In this document: positions 46,761 through 59,740 of the stretch, in pieces
Position numbering within the stretch: the first letter of the stretch is position 1
How the letters are laid out: every line of letters begins with the position of its first letter
Origin: Sphyrna mokarran
Lineage: Eukaryota
Length of the DNA stretch: 64,000 nt
Reading direction: 5' to 3'
Assembly: GCA_024679065.1 (NCBI GenBank)
Contig: JAGIQG010000014.1
Span: 72,912,001 to 72,976,000 of the forward strand
Program-made: the position numbers and the translations under genes
Notes under the pieces: model-generated
The model's input: only the letters and a program-made list of their open reading frames with translations
Database searches by the model: none
What the model was told of the DNA's origin: nothing

Positions 46761-47838
46761 TCACTACTGTGTTGGAGTCTCAACCTCGCATAAAGTCATA
46801 CAGCATTACAGAACAGAAACATGCCCTCCGGCCCAACCAGTCCATGCTGACCATGGTGCCCTCCCAATTGCCCGTGTTTAGTCCATATCCCTCTGGACCT
46901 TCGCCATCTGTGTATTTATGCAAATGCTTTTTAAATGTTGCTCTTGTACCTGCCGCAACCACTTTCTCTGGCAGCTCATTCCATATACGCACCACTGGCC
47001 GTATGAAGAAGTTCACTGCATGGGCAGCGAATTCCACAGATTCACAACCCTTTGTGTGAAGAAATTGGTCTTCGACTCAGTTCTAAATCTACTTCCCCTT
47101 ATTTTGAAGCTATGTCCCCAAGTTCTAGTTTCACCCGCCAGTGGAAACAAGCTCTACCTTATTATTCCCTTCAGAATCTTATATATTTCTATAAGATCTT
47201 TCCTCATTCTTCTGAATTCCAATGAATATAGCCCCAGTTTACTCAGGTACTGACTAAGAACAGTATAATGTAGCAACCCACCCTCACTGCTGTCAAATGA
47301 ATGATCTTTGCATGTGATCCAAGCAATTAATCTTGTCTAAGCTCTTTGAGCAAGAGATTACTGTGTGGCTTTCTGAATACAGCCTTTTCCCCCCATTTTC
47401 AATGTTTTTATATCTGTCAAATAGAAATTTTCAAAGAAAGTGACAAAAGAATCAAATCTTTATTAACGCCCTGATGGTTTCTTTTTCTCCAGGGATGTCA
47501 TTCAGCAATACCCTGGAGTTTGATCCTCAATTCCAGGAGATTCCAGGGAGTATCAAAGAACAAAGAACAAAAACAGCACGGGAAACAGGCCCTTCGGCCC
47601 AACGAGCCTGCGCCGCCACCTCGATGTTCCCACCTCGACCTGTGATCCCTGTCTATGTTTATAGATCTATGGATTAAAAACCAAATTTGAGACAATTTAG
47701 GGAGAATTTGTTTTGTCAATTAGCCTAAGAGCACATCTTTGGGATGTGGGAGGAAACCGGAGCTCCCGGAGAAAACCCACGCAAGCATGGGGAGAATGTG
47801 CAAACTCCCTCTGGAGTATTGGTATCCTGAGCACTATG

Positions 47839-48587
47839 AGATGGGAGTGTCACAGTAAGAAGTCTGACAACACCAGGTTTAAGTCCAACTGATTTATTTA
47901 ATAATAAACTCATAAGCTTTCGAGGTGTTTCAATCTCTTTATCAAGTGAATGAGGTGTTCTGGTCTCAAACAGCACATATAACAGCACAGACAGTTTACA
48001 GATTGCTGATTAGAATACAAATCTTTACAACTAACCTACTATTCAAGTCTTAAAGTAGCTAACAATGTGAGTGGAAGGAGCACTGAGCACAGGTTAGAAG
48101 ATGTGTATTGTCTCCAGACAGCACAGTAAGTGAGGTTTTTTGCTAACCCAGGCAAGTTATGGAGGTTACAGATAGTGTGACATGAACCCAAGATCCCTGT
48201 TAAGACCGTCCTCATGTGTGCGGAACTTGGCTATCAGTCTCTGCTCAGCGACTCTGCGCTGTCATGTGTCATGAAGGCCCCCTTGGAGAATGTTTACCTG
48301 AATGCTCAGTGCTCCTTCCACTCACATTGTCGGCCACTTTAAGACTTGAATAACAGGTTAGGTGTAAAAATTCACTTTCTAATCAGTAATCTGTAAACAG
48401 TCTGTGCTGTTATGTGTGCTGTTTGAGACCAGAACACCTCATTCACCTGACAAAGAGGTCGAAACACCTCGAGAGCTTGTGTGTTTAATATCAAATAAAT
48501 CTGTTGGACTTCAACCTGGTGTTGTCAGACTTCCTACTGTGTTTACCCCAGTCCAATGCCGGCATCTCTACATCAGATGGGAGTGTC
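47839..48587. mobile_element. Penelope-like element remnant with inverted pseudo-LTRs and 13-bp TSD
   Basis: Arms about 47851-48089 and 48303-48541; internal minus strand ILQGGLHD..QRRVAEQRLIAKFRTHEDGLNRD (GIY-YIG C-terminal type); AGATGGGAGTGTC on both flanks. Confidence 0.85.
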
Positions 48588-49044
48588 TCGGACATCAGAT
48601 GCAGTTTCACTGGGGTAATCTCACACTGCAGAGCCCCACTGTAGATGGAGCCCCAGGTTCGAGGTGGGACATTCTCACCACAGATTAAATCCAGTAACTT
48701 GATCCCAGGAAAAGATCCTGACTCCGAAGGAGAGCAAATGGGGAGATTAGAGGAAAGATATGAAGGGGAATAGACGCAGCAGAGTGAGAATAACTCTGCC
48801 GATTGCCTGGTCTAGCACCAGGCAACATAACCTGAAAATTAGAGGCAGGAATTTCAGGAGCAAAGTCAGGGAATACAAAGGGTGCTGGAAATTTCTCTCC
48901 TGTGAATGGAAATTGACGCTGAGTCCATTTTAAATCTGAAATTGACATATGTTTGTTAACCAGAGGGATATGGAGGGGAGATGGGTATATGGAGTTAGAT
49001 TACAGATCAACCATGATCTCAGTGCATGACCAAGCAGGCTGAGG

Positions 49045-49730
49045 AGGCAGTGGCATAGTGGCATTGTCACTAAATTAGTAATCCAGAGACCCAGGGTAAT
49101 GTTCTGGGGACTAGGGTTCGAATCCCACCACAGCAGATGGTGAAATTTGAATTCATAAAAGTCATTGAATCCTACAGTGCAGCAGGAGGCCATTGGGCCC
49201 ATCGAGTCTGCACCGACCACGATCCTACTCAGGCCCTATCCCCATAATTCCATGCATTTACCTTAGCTACTCCCCCTGATGCTAAGGGGCAATTTGGAAT
49301 GGCCAATCCACCTAACCTGCACATCTTTGGACTGTGGTGAAGACTGGAGCACCTGAAAGAAACCCATTAAGATATGGGGAGAATGTGCAAACTCCACACA
49401 GACAGTTACCCAAGCTAGGAATCGCACCCAGCATCCTGGTGCTGTGGGACAGCAGTGCTAATCACTGTGCCACCATGCCACCCATAAAATTTGGAATTAA
49501 AAGTCTAATGATGACCATGAAATGCATTGTTGGTTGTTGTGAGAACCCATTTGGTTCAGTAATGTCCTCTAGGGAAGGAAATCTGCTGTCCTTACCTGGT
49601 CTAGCCCACATGTGACTCTAGAACCTCAGCAAAATGGTTGACTTCTTAAATGGCCAAATGAGACACTCAGTTCAGGGGCTATTAGGAATAGGCAATAAAT
49701 GCTGGTCTCACCAGAGATGCCCACATCCCA
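49045..49730 (+). mobile_element. Second tRNA-head SINE family (aaacccatctggttcactaatgtcctttagggaagg core) with a nested reverse V-SINE at about 49161-49482
   Basis: CATAAAA duplicated on both sides of the nested V-SINE. Other copies near 1-260, 7185-7520, 18730-18950, 21400-21720, 29505-29750, 40580-40820, 57205-57460. Confidence 0.85.
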
Positions 49731-52700
49731 TGATGCTACACCACGCTAAAGGAAGAGCAAATCACAGATGGGCTGTGCCATATTGCCCTGTCACCTGTCC
49801 AATGAGGCTCCAGCTTCACTCAATCGACCCACCAATCAGTTTCCTCCTCCACTTCGACCCTTACCAAATAAATCTCTCCTTTTTTTTGTCAGTCTGGTTG
49901 GGTCAATAAACACTTTCAGAAACATCAAACCCGACACTTTTACCTCAGCGGGTAGCTGCAGTTGAAGTTGTTTGTTTGTTGTGAGTTCTATTTCAATCAG
50001 GTTCATTTCCTCATTTAACCTTGCTTTGTTTTTACTGTGTTGGAACATGCCAAAGAAATAGGAGCAGGAAAAGGCCATTCAGCCCCTTGAGCCTGTTCTG
50101 CAGTTTTGTTAGATTCCCTATCTCAGTTCCATTCTCCCGCATTATCTGCATATCCCACAATTCCTTTTATGTCCAAACATCTACCCGCCTCTGTTTTGAA
50201 TATGCTAATTGATTAAACATCCTCAATCCCCTGGGGTAAACAATTCAGCATAGTGGTTAGCACTGGTGCCTCACAGCGCCAGGGACCCGGGGTCAATTCC
50301 AGCATTGGCTCACTGTCTGTGTGGAGTTTGCATGTTTTCCCCATGTCTCTGTGGATTCCTCCAGGTGCTCCAGTTTGCTCCCACAGTCCAAAGATGTGCG
50401 GGTTGGGTTGGTAGGCCATGGTAAATTGCTTCTTAGTGTCAGGGGGATTAGCAGGAAAAATACGTGGGGTTACGACAATAGCGCTGGGTGGGATTGGTAC
50501 CAATGTGAATTCAATGGGCTGAATGGCCTCTTTCTGCCCTGTGTATTCTTTAATTTATCGAAACACTTTGAACCTCTTTCGGTCTCCTCATGCCTCCACT
50601 GTTCAAATACAAAGAGCTCCAATTTTTCTGCTTTCTCCGCATGGCTAAAGACCCTCATTGCCATATCTGATATTTCTTCTTACGCCCTCTGAAAACTCAG
50701 ACTCACCTGAATGGTGGCCTTAACTCAGCCTGCATCCAGTTCTGTTCACCCGTGAGCCCCTGTACTTGCTGTACTGTATTAGCTCTCAGTTGGATAACTG
50801 TAATATTCTCACCCCTGTTTTCAGATCCCTTCTTTGCCTCACCCCCTCCCTATCACTGCAACCTTCTCCAGTCTCACAGCTGCTTGAGATCTCTGCAGTC
50901 CTCCAATTCTGGTCCCCTTCAGCATCCATCACTTCTTGATAGGCAGGTGAAGGGTGGCATAGGTGGCACAGTGGTTGGCACTGCTGCCTCACAGCACCAG
51001 GGACACTGGTTTACTTTGTTTGCACACTCCCCCCCATGTCTGCATATGTTTCCTCTGGGTGCTCCGGTTTCCTGACACACTTCAAAGATGTGCGTAGTAG
51101 GAAGATCGGCTGCACCAAATTGGCTTTTGTGTCAGAGGGATTAGCAGAGTAAACGTGTGGGTTTACGGGAATAGAGATCTGGATGGGATTATGGTCAGTA
51201 CAGACCTGATGGGCTGAATGGCCTCCGTAGGGATTCTGTGACTTCAGTCCCCAAGGTCCCAAGCTCTGGAATTCTCTCTCTAAATTTTCTCCACTTCACC
51301 TCCCTTAAAATGCATTTCAAGATCATTGGCTTTTGACAGTATCTCCTGATCTTCTCATCAATAACGCTCTTTTGACCTACCTTTGGACATTTTTAGTGCA
51401 TTAAAGGTGCTACGTAAATGGTTGAATTCCTTCCACAAACTCTCCATGGCTCTGAGGTACTTCCTTAATAAAGCAAGGCTCAAAACTGTGTGCAAGATTG
51501 GTTAGAACGTGGAACTCGATACCAGAAGGAATAGTTGCGGTGAGTTGCATGGATGTGTTTAAGGGGAAGTTGGATAAACACATGAGGGAGACCGGAATGT
51601 AGGTACTATAGGTAAGGTTAGATGAAGCGGGTTGTGGCGAGGATGATGCGGAACTTAGACTGGCATCAGCCTTCTCAGGTAAATGTAGGAGATTCCATGG
51701 CGCTATTTCCAAGGAGAGCAGTGGAGATCGTAGCAGTATCTTGGCCAACATTCTTCCCTCAATCAAAATCAGAAAAAAGTGGAGTATCTGATAATTATCA
51801 GATCACTGTTTGTGGGAGCTTGCTGTGCGCAAATTGGCTGCCACATTTCTGAGTGACTTCATCTTATTGGCTGCAATTTCAAATATGAATGAAAGTCTTT
51901 CTTCAGATCAGTTGGGCCAAATGGACTGTTCCCGTGCTGTGCAATAGATGGAATTCCACGTAACCGCAGCCTAATCAGTTCGGAGCTTCAATCATGTGGA
52001 TAGACAGAAGAGACTGGGACTGTTCTCCTTGGAGAAGCGGGGATTAAGAGGGAATTTGCTGGAAGTTTCAAAATGAGGGATCGGGAGAGAGCAGATAAGG
52101 AGAAAGTTGCCCATTGGTGGAATGATTGGGAATCAATCATAGAATCTACAGGGCAGGAGGAGGCCATTTGACCCATCCAGCCTACACCAACCACAATCCC
52201 ACCCAAGCCCTAACCCTGTAACACCATGTATTTACACCACTAATTCTCTTCACACTAAGGGGCAATTGACCATGGCCAATCAACCTAATCCATACATCTT
52301 TGGACTGTGGGAGGAATCCAGAGCAATCAGACAAAACCCACGTAGACACGGGGAGAATGTGCAAATTCACACAGACAGTGACCCGAGGCTGGGAATTGAA
52401 CCTGGGTCCTTGGCGCTATGAGGCAGCGGTGCTAACCACTGTGCTACTGGACTGCCCTCGGAGGTCATTGATTTGAGGCGATTGGCAAAGGATGTGATGG
52501 CAAAACAAGGAGAAACATATTCACATAGTGGGTATTGAAGATCCTGAGAGAGCAGATTCAATCAAAACCTTCAAAAGAGAATGGGACCATTGTCCAGAGA
52601 GTTCTGAACTTTGCAGGGCAGTGGGTAGGCACACTGCAAATAAGAGAATTGCTCTTACAGAGGGACAGCAGGGAAAGAATTGGCCAAGTGGCCCCCTTCT

Positions 52701-53368
52701 GTGCTGCAAACAGTCTATCATGCTGTGGAATGGGAAATCACAGCCCCCTCCTCTCCCCTCGCAAAAGGATCGAGAGCAAGAGGACACAGATTTAAAGAAA
52801 TTAGTAAAAGAAGGAATGATGATAAATGGTGATGTGAAACTTTCTCAGGCAACGGGTGACATGGTGGCACAATGGTTAGCACTGCTGCTTCACAGTGCCA
52901 GGGACCCGGGTTCAATTCTGGCTTTGGGTCACAGTGTGGAGTGTGCACATTCTCCCCATGTCTGCGTGGATTTCCTCCGGGTTCTCCACTTTCCTTCCAC
53001 ACTCCGTGTGCTGGTTAGTTTGATTGGTTTGATGCCAAATCGACCCTAGTGTCAGGGGAATGAGCAGGATAAACGAGAGTTAGGGAACTCGGGTCTGAGC
53101 GGGATAGTGGTCAGTACAGATCTGATGGGCTGAATGGCCTCCTTCTGTACTGTAGGGATTCTCTGAATGGTTAAAGGTCTGGAATGCGCTGCCTGACGGT
53201 GTGGTGGAGGCAGGTTCAATCAAAGCGTTTAAAAGTCGGTGAGGCTGTTATCGGGAAAACCTGCAGAGCTGTGGGGAAAAGCTGGGATATCGGCACTGGG
53301 TGAGTTGCTCCTTCCAGTGGCCTCTTCCTCTGCAGCTTCTGTGATTGTTGGAACTGGCTCTGGTTTAT

Positions 53369-53455
53369 TGTCACGTGACACTCCAAAAACTCAGCCTCAG
53401 AGAGCACCTTTTGCTTGGTAACTGCTGACTCACACACACACCAGCGACCAACCAG
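53369..53455 (+). promoter_or_regulatory. S-X1-X2-(Y) like module 1 with palindromic E-box
   Basis: TGTCACGTGACA (53369-80); CAGCCTC-15nt-CTTGGTAAC-TGC-TGACTCA-8nt-CCAGC. Confidence 0.6.
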
Positions 53456-53974
53456 CCGTCTCTCAGCTGCTGTGAGTTGATCCTTTTCCTTCCCCCACTC
53501 CCCACACGACTGTGATATCACTGAGTTTGTTTTCTGAAAAAGAAAATTATGGGGGCTTTTGGAGACGCCTTCGAGGATTGAAATACAGGGAAACAACAAT
53601 GCCTCTTCCTAGTTGCTGCCCAGCTCTGATTAATCGGATTACAGGGGCAGGGCTGTGTGCAATGGGTGTTACTGAGTTCAGTCTTTAGTAATGTGCAAAA
53701 AAGAGAAGGAACTGAGATTTGCAGTGCATTGAGAGACAGTAGGGAGTCAAAGGTCAGAACTGTCTCCATCTGTCCTTATGTTCCTGGTCCAAAAGAGGCT
53801 CCACACCCCAAAGCTGTGCAGGTTGGGTGGCTTGGCCATCCTAAATTGCCCCTTAGTGTGAGGGGGACTAGCTAGGCTACATGCATGGGGTTATGGAGAT
53901 AGGGTCTGGGTGGGATTGTAGTCAGTACAGACTCGATGGGTCAAATGGCCTCCTTCTGCACTGTAGGATTCTGC

Positions 53975-54910
53975 GAATCAGAAGCAGGGCTAGGCCACTC
54001 CGCCCCTCAAACCCGTTCCACAATTCTACAAGATCGTGGCTGATCTGTTTGTAACTTTGACTCCACACTCCTGTCGACTCCGATAACATTTTGTGAATCA
54101 AGAATCCATCTAGCTTTGCTTAAAGAATATTTAAAGGCCTTCCTTTGGAGGAAGAGAGTTCCAGTGAGTCACGAGTCTCTGAGGGAAAAAGCTTTGCCTC
54201 ACCTCAGTCTTAATTGGGCCACTCCTTATTTTTAAACAGTGAACCCAAATTCCAGATTCTCTGAAACATCCTCTGCACACCCAGCCTATTACAAAACCCT
54301 CAGGACCTTAAAGGTTTCCATCAAGTCACCTCTTACTTTTCTAAACTCGAATGGATACAAACCTAACCTCTCCAACCTTTCCTCATAAGACAACCCACAC
54401 ATTCCTGGGATTAGTCTGGTAAACCTTGCAGGAATTGTTTCTAACGCACATACATCTTTCCTTTGATAAAGTCGATGGTATTGTACACAATGCTCCAGAT
54501 GTGATCCATCCAAAGCCCTGTGAAATTGAAGCACAGCTTTCCTAGCTTTTACAACTGTGCTAACTTGAGGCCACTCGATGTGGCTAGTAACACACTAAAG
54601 GATTCATTCACTGCGAAGAACTGTGCAATAAAGAATTTAACAACACAGTGATACAGATCTACATCTGGTAACACCCCAATTCCAACTGCAGCCTTCAGTC
54701 CCGGGAATGTAATCCCTCGCTCCCAATTGGGCAGCTTCATGAGCTCCCTCTCCATTTGTTCCAGCCTCAAAGAATTGTCCATTAAAAGGGCCATGCGACC
54801 ATACTAACCAATTCCCCTCACAATAAACATTGTTAGCTTTCCTAATTATTTTCCACATCCGCACTAGGACAGCCAGATCCCTCTGCACCACAAGAGCTCT
54901 GTCATTTCTC
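53975..54910 (-). mobile_element. Degenerate CR1 LINE fragment with internal insertion
   Basis: HLEHCVQY...FTRLIPGM motifs. Confidence 0.8.
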
Positions 54911-55344
54911 ACCAGTTAGGACAACATGGAGGCACAGTGGTGAGCACTACTGCTTCTCAGCCCTAGGACGCAGCTTCAATTCCAGCCTTGGGTCACTGTC
55001 TGCGTGGAGTTTGCAAGTTTTCCCCATGTCGGAGTGGGTTTCCTCCAGTGCTCCAGTTTTCTCCCATCATCCAAAGATGTGGGGGTTAAATTTAGCCACG
55101 CTAAGTTCTCCCTTAGTGTAACCCCAACAGGTGCTGGAGTGTGACAACTAAGGAATTTTTACAGTAACTTCATTGTATTGTTAATCTAAGTCTACTTGTA
55201 AATAATAAAGTAAAATAATAACCTCTTTATTCTTCCTGCCAAAATTGACAATTTGCCCATTCACTTTACGTCCTCTTAATAATTTACTTATCTACCTATC
55301 TTTGAGTCATCAGCAAATTCCGTAACTTTACCTTCGGTCATCAT

Positions 55345-55680
55345 CATAGAATCATAGAAGCCTACAGTGCAGAAAGAGGCCCTTCGGCCCATCGAGTCTG
55401 CACCGACCACAATCCCACCCAGGTCCTACCCACATATCCCTACATAATTTACCCATTAATCCCTCTAATCTCCACATCCCTGAACACAAAGGGGCAATTT
55501 CTTAGCATGGCCAATCAAACCAAACCACACATCTTTGGATTCTAGGAGGACTATCTGGAGGAAATCCATGCAGACATGACGAGAATATACAAACTCCACA
55601 CAGTGACCCAAGCTGGGAATTGAACCCAGGACCCTGAGCTGTGAAGCAGCAGTGCTAACCACTGTGCTACCATGCCACCC
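55345..55680 (-). mobile_element. V-SINE (HE1-like)
   Basis: Full-length reverse copy with (tctatgat)n tail. Confidence 0.9.
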
Positions 55681-55870
55681 AATCCAGCCAATCATTTATA
55701 TACATCCTGTCCCTTTAACCCCACACATTTACACAGACCAGTGCAACTAACCCACACATCTTTGGAATGTGGGAGGAAACTAGAGCACCCGGAGGAGACC
55801 CACACAGACACGGGGAGAATGTACAGACTCCACACAGACAGTGACCCAAGTTACAAAAGAAAGCTGTGCA

Positions 55871-56360
55871 TCTGACAGTGCAGCACTCCCTCAGTACTGA
55901 CCCTCTGACAATGCAGCACTCCCTCAGTACTGACCCTCTGATAGTGCAGCACTCCCTCAGTACTGACCCTCTGACAGTGCAGCACTCCCTCATACTGACC
56001 CTCTGACAGTGCAGCACGCCCTCAGTACTGACCCTCTGACAGTGCGACACTCCCTCGGTACTGACCCTCTGACAGTGCGACACTCCCTCAGTACTGATCC
56101 TCTGACAATGCAGCACTCCCTCAGTACTGACCCTCTGACAGTGCGACACTCCCTCAGTACTGACCCTCTGACAGTGCAGCACTCCCTCAGTACTGACCCT
56201 CTGACAGTGCAGCACTCCCTCAGTACTGACCCTCTGACAGTGCAGCATTCCCTCAGTACTGACCCTCTGACAGTGCAGCACTCCCTCAGTACTGACCCTC
56301 TGACAGTGCAGCACTCCCTCAGTACTGACCCTCTGACAGTGCAGCACTTCCTCAGTACTG
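55871..56360 (+). repeat. 33-bp minisatellite, about 15 copies (TCTGACAGTGCAGCACTCCCTCAGTACTGACCC)
   Basis: Units start at 55871, 55904, 55937, 55970, 56002 ... 56332; the unit matches a DeuSINE segment in reverse. Confidence 0.97.
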
Positions 56361-56470
56361 CATTGTGATTGTCAGCTGCAGATTTCAAGAACTGAAATGG
56401 GAGTGACTTCTGGGCCTGCTGTGTTGAACTGTAATCTACATTGTCCAGTTCTCATTCACTGTCAATGAAT

Positions 56471-56534
56471 CTACAAAACACGGGCTCAACTGCAAACCTT
56501 TCCCCGACAACTAGTGAGTCACTGGGCGGCCAAT
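56471..56534 (+). promoter_or_regulatory. S-X1-X2-Y like module 2
   Basis: CTACAAAACA-CGGGCTC-15nt-CCCGACAAC-TAG-TGAGTCA-8nt-CCAAT. Confidence 0.62.
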
Positions 56535-58194
56535 AGTTATTCTCACATTGGGATTCCTGTCCTCATTATTGGTTTGTCTCGGAGCAGATGTGAAACTGAG
56601 CAAGTTTACACAAGAACATGTTAGTCTCTAGGTTTGGGGCTCTGTGCCAATACTTATCTCTGACACTGTCTCTTTTCAGTTGCCTGCTATTCAGTAAAAT
56701 AGTTTGGAATTAGTTGGTTACAGAAATAGGAACAGGAAGAGGCATTCAGCCCCTTTTCAGACTGTTACATCATACCGTTAGATTAAAGCTGATCTGAGTT
56801 TTAACTGCATTTACAGACCTTAGTATCTGCCCCCACAAAACTCGTCTCAAAGTTGGTTTGGAAATGTCTACGTGAAAACTGACTCCCGCAACTTGTCTGG
56901 GGAGAGAGTTCCAATTTTCATTACCCTTCGTGTGAGGGAGTTCATCTGACATCATCTCTGAGTGACCTGGCTTGAATTTTAAATGTTTTCTTTCCTTTGT
57001 CTGCGTTGATTGGCCACACTAAATTTCCCCTTAGTGTCCAAAGATGTGTGAATCAAGGGGATTCACCATGGGAAATATGTGGGCTTATGGGGATAGGGTG
57101 GGCATTAGCTTGGAAAAGATACTTTGCTGGAGAGTTAGCCCAATGGGCCGAATGGCCTCCTTTGGCACAGTAGAGATTCTATAATTAAATAGACAGAATG
57201 ATGCAGTGTGAGTGTCACTGGGCTAGGTCAGTGCTCTGAGGACATGGGTTCAAACCCTCCCCCTGCGGTGCCTGATGGAATTTATTTTTTAATTAACAAA
57301 TCAAACCTTTAACATAAAGCTGGAACACCAACATGATGCAAACTTTCATTGATTGATGTAAAAACCCATCTGGTTCACTGTGTGCTAAGGAAATCTGCCA
57401 TCCTAACCTGGTCTGGCTTATGAGTGACTCCAGACCCACAGCGATGTGGTCATCTTCTGAAAGGGCCAGTCATTTACTTAGCTTAAGGGAAATTAAGCTT
57501 TGTCCAACTTCTTTTTTGACCATTTGATGGGCAACACGACAGCCCAGTGACTATCGCTGTGCTGTGCAGATACATGGATGACACAGCCTGTGTCTGTGGG
57601 AGTTTGCACATTCTCCCCATGCTTGCATGGGTTTTCTCTGGGTGCTCCGGTTTCCTCCCATATCCCAAAGACATGCTCTTCGGCTAATTGGCAAAGCAAA
57701 TTCTCCCTAAATTGTCTCAGATTTGGTTTTTAATCCATAGATCTATAAACATAGATGGGGATCACGGGTAGAGGTGAGAACATCGGGGTGGCAGCACGGG
57801 CTCGTTGGGCCGAAGGGCCTGTTTCCCGTGCTGTTTTGTCCTTTGTTCTTTGTTCTTTGAAATTAGGAATGGGGCAACAGATGCTGGCCTTGTCAGCGAG
57901 GAATACATTCTATGATGAAGATAAGATAAACATCGGAATATTCAAGCCTTTGTGAATAAGGATACACTCTCCAGTTTCAGAGTGAAGGGTGTCCATATTT
58001 TTCCTGCTGTGTTGTGGTTCTTTCTCCTTGGTACTAAAGGTTGGTAAATTCAGTTCTCACTCCTTGGGAAAGGATTTTATGACCTCCCTCTTCCCGAAAC
58101 TGTAAAATCCTGCCCAAGGTGAATGGACCTTTCTGAGAATCCATTCCACTTGCCCGCCATGATTCCCGCGGTGGATGGGACAGTGAAATCCTGG

Positions 58195-58570
58195 TTCTTG
58201 AGCACACACACTAGAGCAGTAGTGAGGGAGTTGCTGCATTGTCAGAGGTGCCTTCAAATGAGATGACAAACTGCGACCATGTCGGTCCTCTAGAGTGGAT
58301 GTAAAAGATCCCACAGTGCTAGTACAGAGACCAGCGGGGAGACGGGTGGGGGATTCTCCCCAATATGTTGGCCCAAAATCTATCTCCCAGCTAGCATTGC
58401 TGAATCGGACCATTTATCACTGTGTGGTTCATGGGACATTGCTAAGTTGGCTGTATTCTCTACGTAACAACCGTGTTTCCCCTTTGGAGAATATTCCACT
58501 CACTGCCCCATTCTCTGGGATATCCTGAACTTGTGGAAGACGTGCTGGAATTGCAGGTTCATTCTATTTA
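58195..58570 (+). mobile_element. DeuSINE (SacSINE1-like) remnant
   Basis: gctgcattgtcagaggtgcc...ggatgtaaaagatccca core; related fragments near 3070-3240, 45860-46160 and 51660-51850. Confidence 0.65.
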
Positions 58571-59059
58571 ATCCCTCTGGTCTGTGTTGAGTTAGTTGAA
58601 CTCAACCAGGGAAATTGTGGAGTACAAAGGGATAAAAGATCCTAATATTGAACAGCAGCTTGGGGAAAAATAAGGCGCGTTTGCCCCAATTATCAAACAC
58701 CAAGACGGATAGAAAGGTGTTTGATGGCTGGCAGAGACAGAATGGGCCAAACGCCCTCTTTTTAGTGCTGTAAAATCTGTGACAAAGATCAAATAGTTTG
58801 CTATGACTATTCAGGATGGTGTCAGACTTGGCGGGAGGAGCGGGACAGGAGATTTAGAGATGATCAGCTGAGTTTCTTTTGCCTTATTTCTGAATGTAAT
58901 GTGAGCATCATTGACAAAGCCAGCGTTTGTTGCCCGAAGCCTAATTGCCCTGAGAAGGTGATCCACCCTCTTGAACAACCAAGAACCAGCTGAGTAGGGT
59001 AGGGGCCAGGACATTGCTCTGGGATTTGGAAGTGCGGAGGTACAGTAGGAGTTCTCATG

Positions 59060-59740
59060 TATCAGTCACTGAAAGTAAGCAGGCAGTAAAGAAGGCAAAT
59101 GGTATGTTCGCCTTCATAGTGAAGGGATTTGCTTTCAGGGATAGAGATGTTTTACTGCAATTCTATCTAACATTGGTAAGGTCATGCCTGGGGTATTATG
59201 TGCAATTTTGGTGTCCTTATCTGAGGAAGGATGTCCTTGCTATAGAGGAAGTATAGCGGAGGTTTACCAGGCTGATTCCTGGGATGGCAGGTCTGTCACA
59301 TGAGGAGAGACTAAGTCGTTACAATTATATTCACTGGAGTTTAGAAGAGTGAGAGAGAATCTCATGAAACTTATAAAATTCTAACAGGGGTTAGGTAGAG
59401 TAGAGTCAGAAAGGATGTTGCCCATAGTAGGGGAGTCCAGAACTAGGGGTCATAGTTTGAGGATAAGGGATAAACCATTTAGAACTGGGCGAGGAGAAAT
59501 TTATTCACCCAGAGAGTGGTGAATATGTGGAATTCACTCCCACAGAAAGTAGTTGAAGCCAAAATGTTGTCTGATTTCAAGAAACACTTAGATATAGCTG
59601 TTGGGGCTAAAGGGATCAAAGGATATGGGGAGAAGGGGGGGATCAGGATATTGAGTTTAATGATCAGTTATGATCATAATGAATGGTTGGAGTGGGCCTG
59701 GTGGGCCAAATGGCCTATTCCTGCTTCTAGTTTCTATGGA
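59060..59740 (+). mobile_element. CR1 LINE 3' fragment
   Basis: AVKKANGM...VQFWCPYLRKDV motifs. Confidence 0.88.

Noticed and set aside
49920-49985. Possible fifth S-X module on the minus strand (CAACTTC...CTGAGGTAA)
   Set aside because: X1 is off-register and there is no TGASTCA or CCAAT at the conserved spacing.
55715-56388. Long repetitive ORFs and a CRISPR-like appearance
   Set aside because: Head-to-tail 33-bp units with no unique spacers; the ORFs exist only because the unit is a stop-free multiple of 3.
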